Of a DNA stretch of 64,000 nucleotides, positions 61,590 through 64,000 are shown in pieces. Origin of the DNA: Camelus ferus. Lineage: Eukaryota. Both the position numbers and the translations under genes were made by a program. The notes under the pieces are model-generated. The model did no database searches, was not told the origin of the DNA, and worked only from the letters and a program-made list of their open reading frames with translations. Where the stretch lies: positions 29,886,001-29,950,000 of the forward strand of contig NC_045697.1 in the NCBI RefSeq assembly GCF_009834535.1, given 5' to 3'. Within the stretch, counting starts at the first letter, position 1, and every line of letters begins with the position of its first letter.

Positions 61590-63185
61590 TTTGTATCATA
61601 ATGTCTTTGGTTTTGGAATCAGGGTAATGCTGCCCTAATAGAATGAATAGGGGAAATATTCCTTCTCTTCAGTTGTCTGGAAGAGTGTGCAGAATTGCAT
61701 TCTTTCTTTCTTATTTGCTATCATTTACCAGTTAAGCCTTCTGGGCCTGGTGTTCTCTTTTGGGACGGTTATCTATTTCATCATTGAGTGAACTTTGGTT
61801 GTATGTGTCTAGGAATTTATTCAGTTCATCTAAGTTGGTGAATTTATTGGCACAGACTTATTTATAGCATTCCCTCATTATTCTTTTAATGTTTACAGAA
61901 TTGTAATCATATCCTGTCTTCCCTGATGTGTGTCTTTCTTTTTTGGCTAAAAACCAAAGGTTATCAATTTTATTGATCTCCAAGAAACAGCTTTTGGTTT
62001 AATTGATTTTTTTTTCTATTGCTTTTTTGTTTTCTTTTGATTGATTTCAATTCTGATATATTTTTTTCCTTTTTTTTTTTTTTTACTTACTTTGGGCTTA
62101 ATTTTCTTAAGGTGGGAGCAGAATTCATTGATTTGAGATCTTTTTTTCTGATACAGGTGTTTTGTGCTATACATTTCCCCCACATACTGCTTTAGCATCT
62201 TTCTATACATTTTATATTGCCATATTCTTTCACTACAAATTACACTCTATTCTTTTGATTTCTCCTTTGATCAATAGGTTGTTTAGAATTGTATTACTTA
62301 GTTTAAAATGTTGGGGATTTTTTTCGGAGACATTTCTGTTGTTAATTTCTAATTTAATCCCTTTGTAGTCAGATAACATGCTTTTTATGAACTGAATTCT
62401 TTAAGTTTGTGGAACTTGTTTTCTGACCCAGAAATTGGTCTATTTCAATAAATGTTCACAGTGAACTTTATTCTGTCAGTTAAGTCAATTTGGTTGATAG
62501 TGTTACACAGGTCTTCTTTATCGTAACTGATTTTCTGTCTGCTTGTTCTATTAGTTATTGAAGAAGGGTATTAAATCTCTTACTCCAGTTGTGAATTTGT
62601 CTATTTCTTCTTGCAGATCTATCTGTTTTGGCTATGTGTCTGGAATCTTTTTTTAAAAATTAGGTGTAAAAATGTTTAGGATTGTTATGTCCTCCTGACG
62701 ACCTAAACCCTTTGTGAAGTGACTTGTAAAGTGATTGTAAAGTGACTTTCTCTGTCCAGGTATTATTCTTGGTTCTAGATGTTTCTTAGTCTGATATTAA
62801 TATAACTACTTTAGCTTTCTTTTGATTAGTGTTAGCATGGCGCATCTTGTTTTGCTCTTCTATTTTTAATCTATTCATATCTTTATGTTTAAAGTGCACT
62901 TCTGGTAGGTATTACATAGTTGGGGTGTTGCTTTTTAATCTAATCTGATGATCACTGTGTTTTAATTGAGGATATTCACACCATTTATATTTAATGTTCT
63001 GATTGATATGGTTGGGTTTAAGTTGACAGTATTGCTATTTGATTTCTGTTTATTCCATCTGTTCTGTGTACCCTTACTTTTTTTTCTTTTTTCTTTTTTT
63101 TTTTTTTTTGTTAGAGTATTTTTTATGATTCCATTTAATCTCCTTCCTTGGCTTATTAGTATTTTAAAGTTTTGCTATTTTAGAG
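61590..63185 (-). mobile_element. Degenerate L1 ORF2 5' half (endonuclease to linker)
   Basis: Minus 62997-62974 encodes TLNINGVN, the start motif of the L1 endonuclease; ORF 62016-62210 has KKRSQINEFCSHLKK, resembling the ORF2p linker; many stops. Confidence 0.85.
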
Positions 63186-63509
63186 GTTGACTTAGAATTC
63201 ATAGCATGCATGCCTACCTAGTATATTGTTGATGTTCAATAAATACCTACTGAATGAACAAATGAATGCCCTGGTGCCCAGACCAAAGGGCTCCTAAGAA
63301 CCAGAGGACACAGCGCACTTCATTCTTTCCCAGCTTTTATTTTTCTTTTTCACACCATGTTATTATGGATATTGGCTTTATTCTTCCTGTCTTGATGTTA
63401 GTCTTTTGAGGTTAGAGGTCTGAGTCTTCTTCTGAAGGCTTTTTTTTTTTTTTAAAGAGATATTTCAGATGGTTAGGGAATAACTTGTATCACCTTAACT
63501 CAACAATGT

Positions 63510-63636
63510 TTATTTGGGGGGAAGATAATCGGGTTTATTTATTTGTTTATTTATTATTCTTGTTTTAGTGGTGGTATTGGGGATTGAACCCAAGACCTCG
63601 TGCATGCTAAGCACGTACTCTACCGTACTGTCCCCC
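63510..63636 (-). mobile_element. Camelid tRNA-derived SINE (Vic-1-like)
   Basis: ggtattggggattgaacccaagacctcgtgcatgctaagcacgtactctacc is the reverse of the SINE head. Confidence 0.88.
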
Positions 63637-63908
63637 TCTGCAGGCTTTTTTGAAAGCGTGGGTTGTATCCTCAGGATGAAAGAGGCCATAGCCTTGACTT
63701 ACCATGGCCAAACCCCAAAAGTAACATCCTTATCAGGAAGAACAGATATTTTATAAGATATTAGATAGGAAAAAAAGCTTCAAAGAAATGGTCTAAATTT
63801 AAGATTAGCTGATCTAAGCAAAGCTACACATGGAAAGGAAATTCAGACCTAACAGATTTTCTCCATCCTTGGAATGTCACCAGTTTTATTTCAAGGCTCT
63901 TAAATATT

Positions 63909-63954
63909 AAAAAAAAAAAAAAAAAAAAAAAAAGGAAGAAAGAAAGAAAGAAAG
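63909..63954 (+). repeat. A25 run followed by (GAAA)n
   Basis: Read directly. Confidence 0.95.
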
Positions 63955-64000
63955 ATCATTGAGCTTCCTGATTAAAAAAATAAAAATTTATGCCTTGTTT

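Overview
This is mammalian genomic DNA, not prokaryotic. It is most likely camelid: there are three copies of a tRNA-derived SINE matching my recollection of Vic-1, plus artiodactyl-type L1 3' ends. I found no protein-coding exon, RNA gene or CRISPR array. The listed ORFs look like chance ORFs or L1 ORF2 remnants. A large part of the window is interspersed repeat: MIR, L2, old and young L1, MaLR/ERVL/ERV1 solo LTRs, and hAT/Tigger MITEs. The antisense bias of L1s and LTRs suggests an intron of a large + strand gene, which I cannot identify. The best leads are: a MER41-like solo LTR with a perfect 4-bp TSD and an intact STAT/GAS motif, next to a CpG-retaining MER63 and a YY1 site (50.3-51.9 kb); candidate non-coding or alternative exons (3.4, 14.9, 30.2 kb); an RFX/octamer cluster (26.7-27.6 kb); and a close inverted L1 pair (46.6-47.5 kb). 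All repeat family names come from remembered consensus sequences and need RepeatMasker/Dfam confirmation; boundaries of old repeats are approximate. I see no convincing wholly new biological system.
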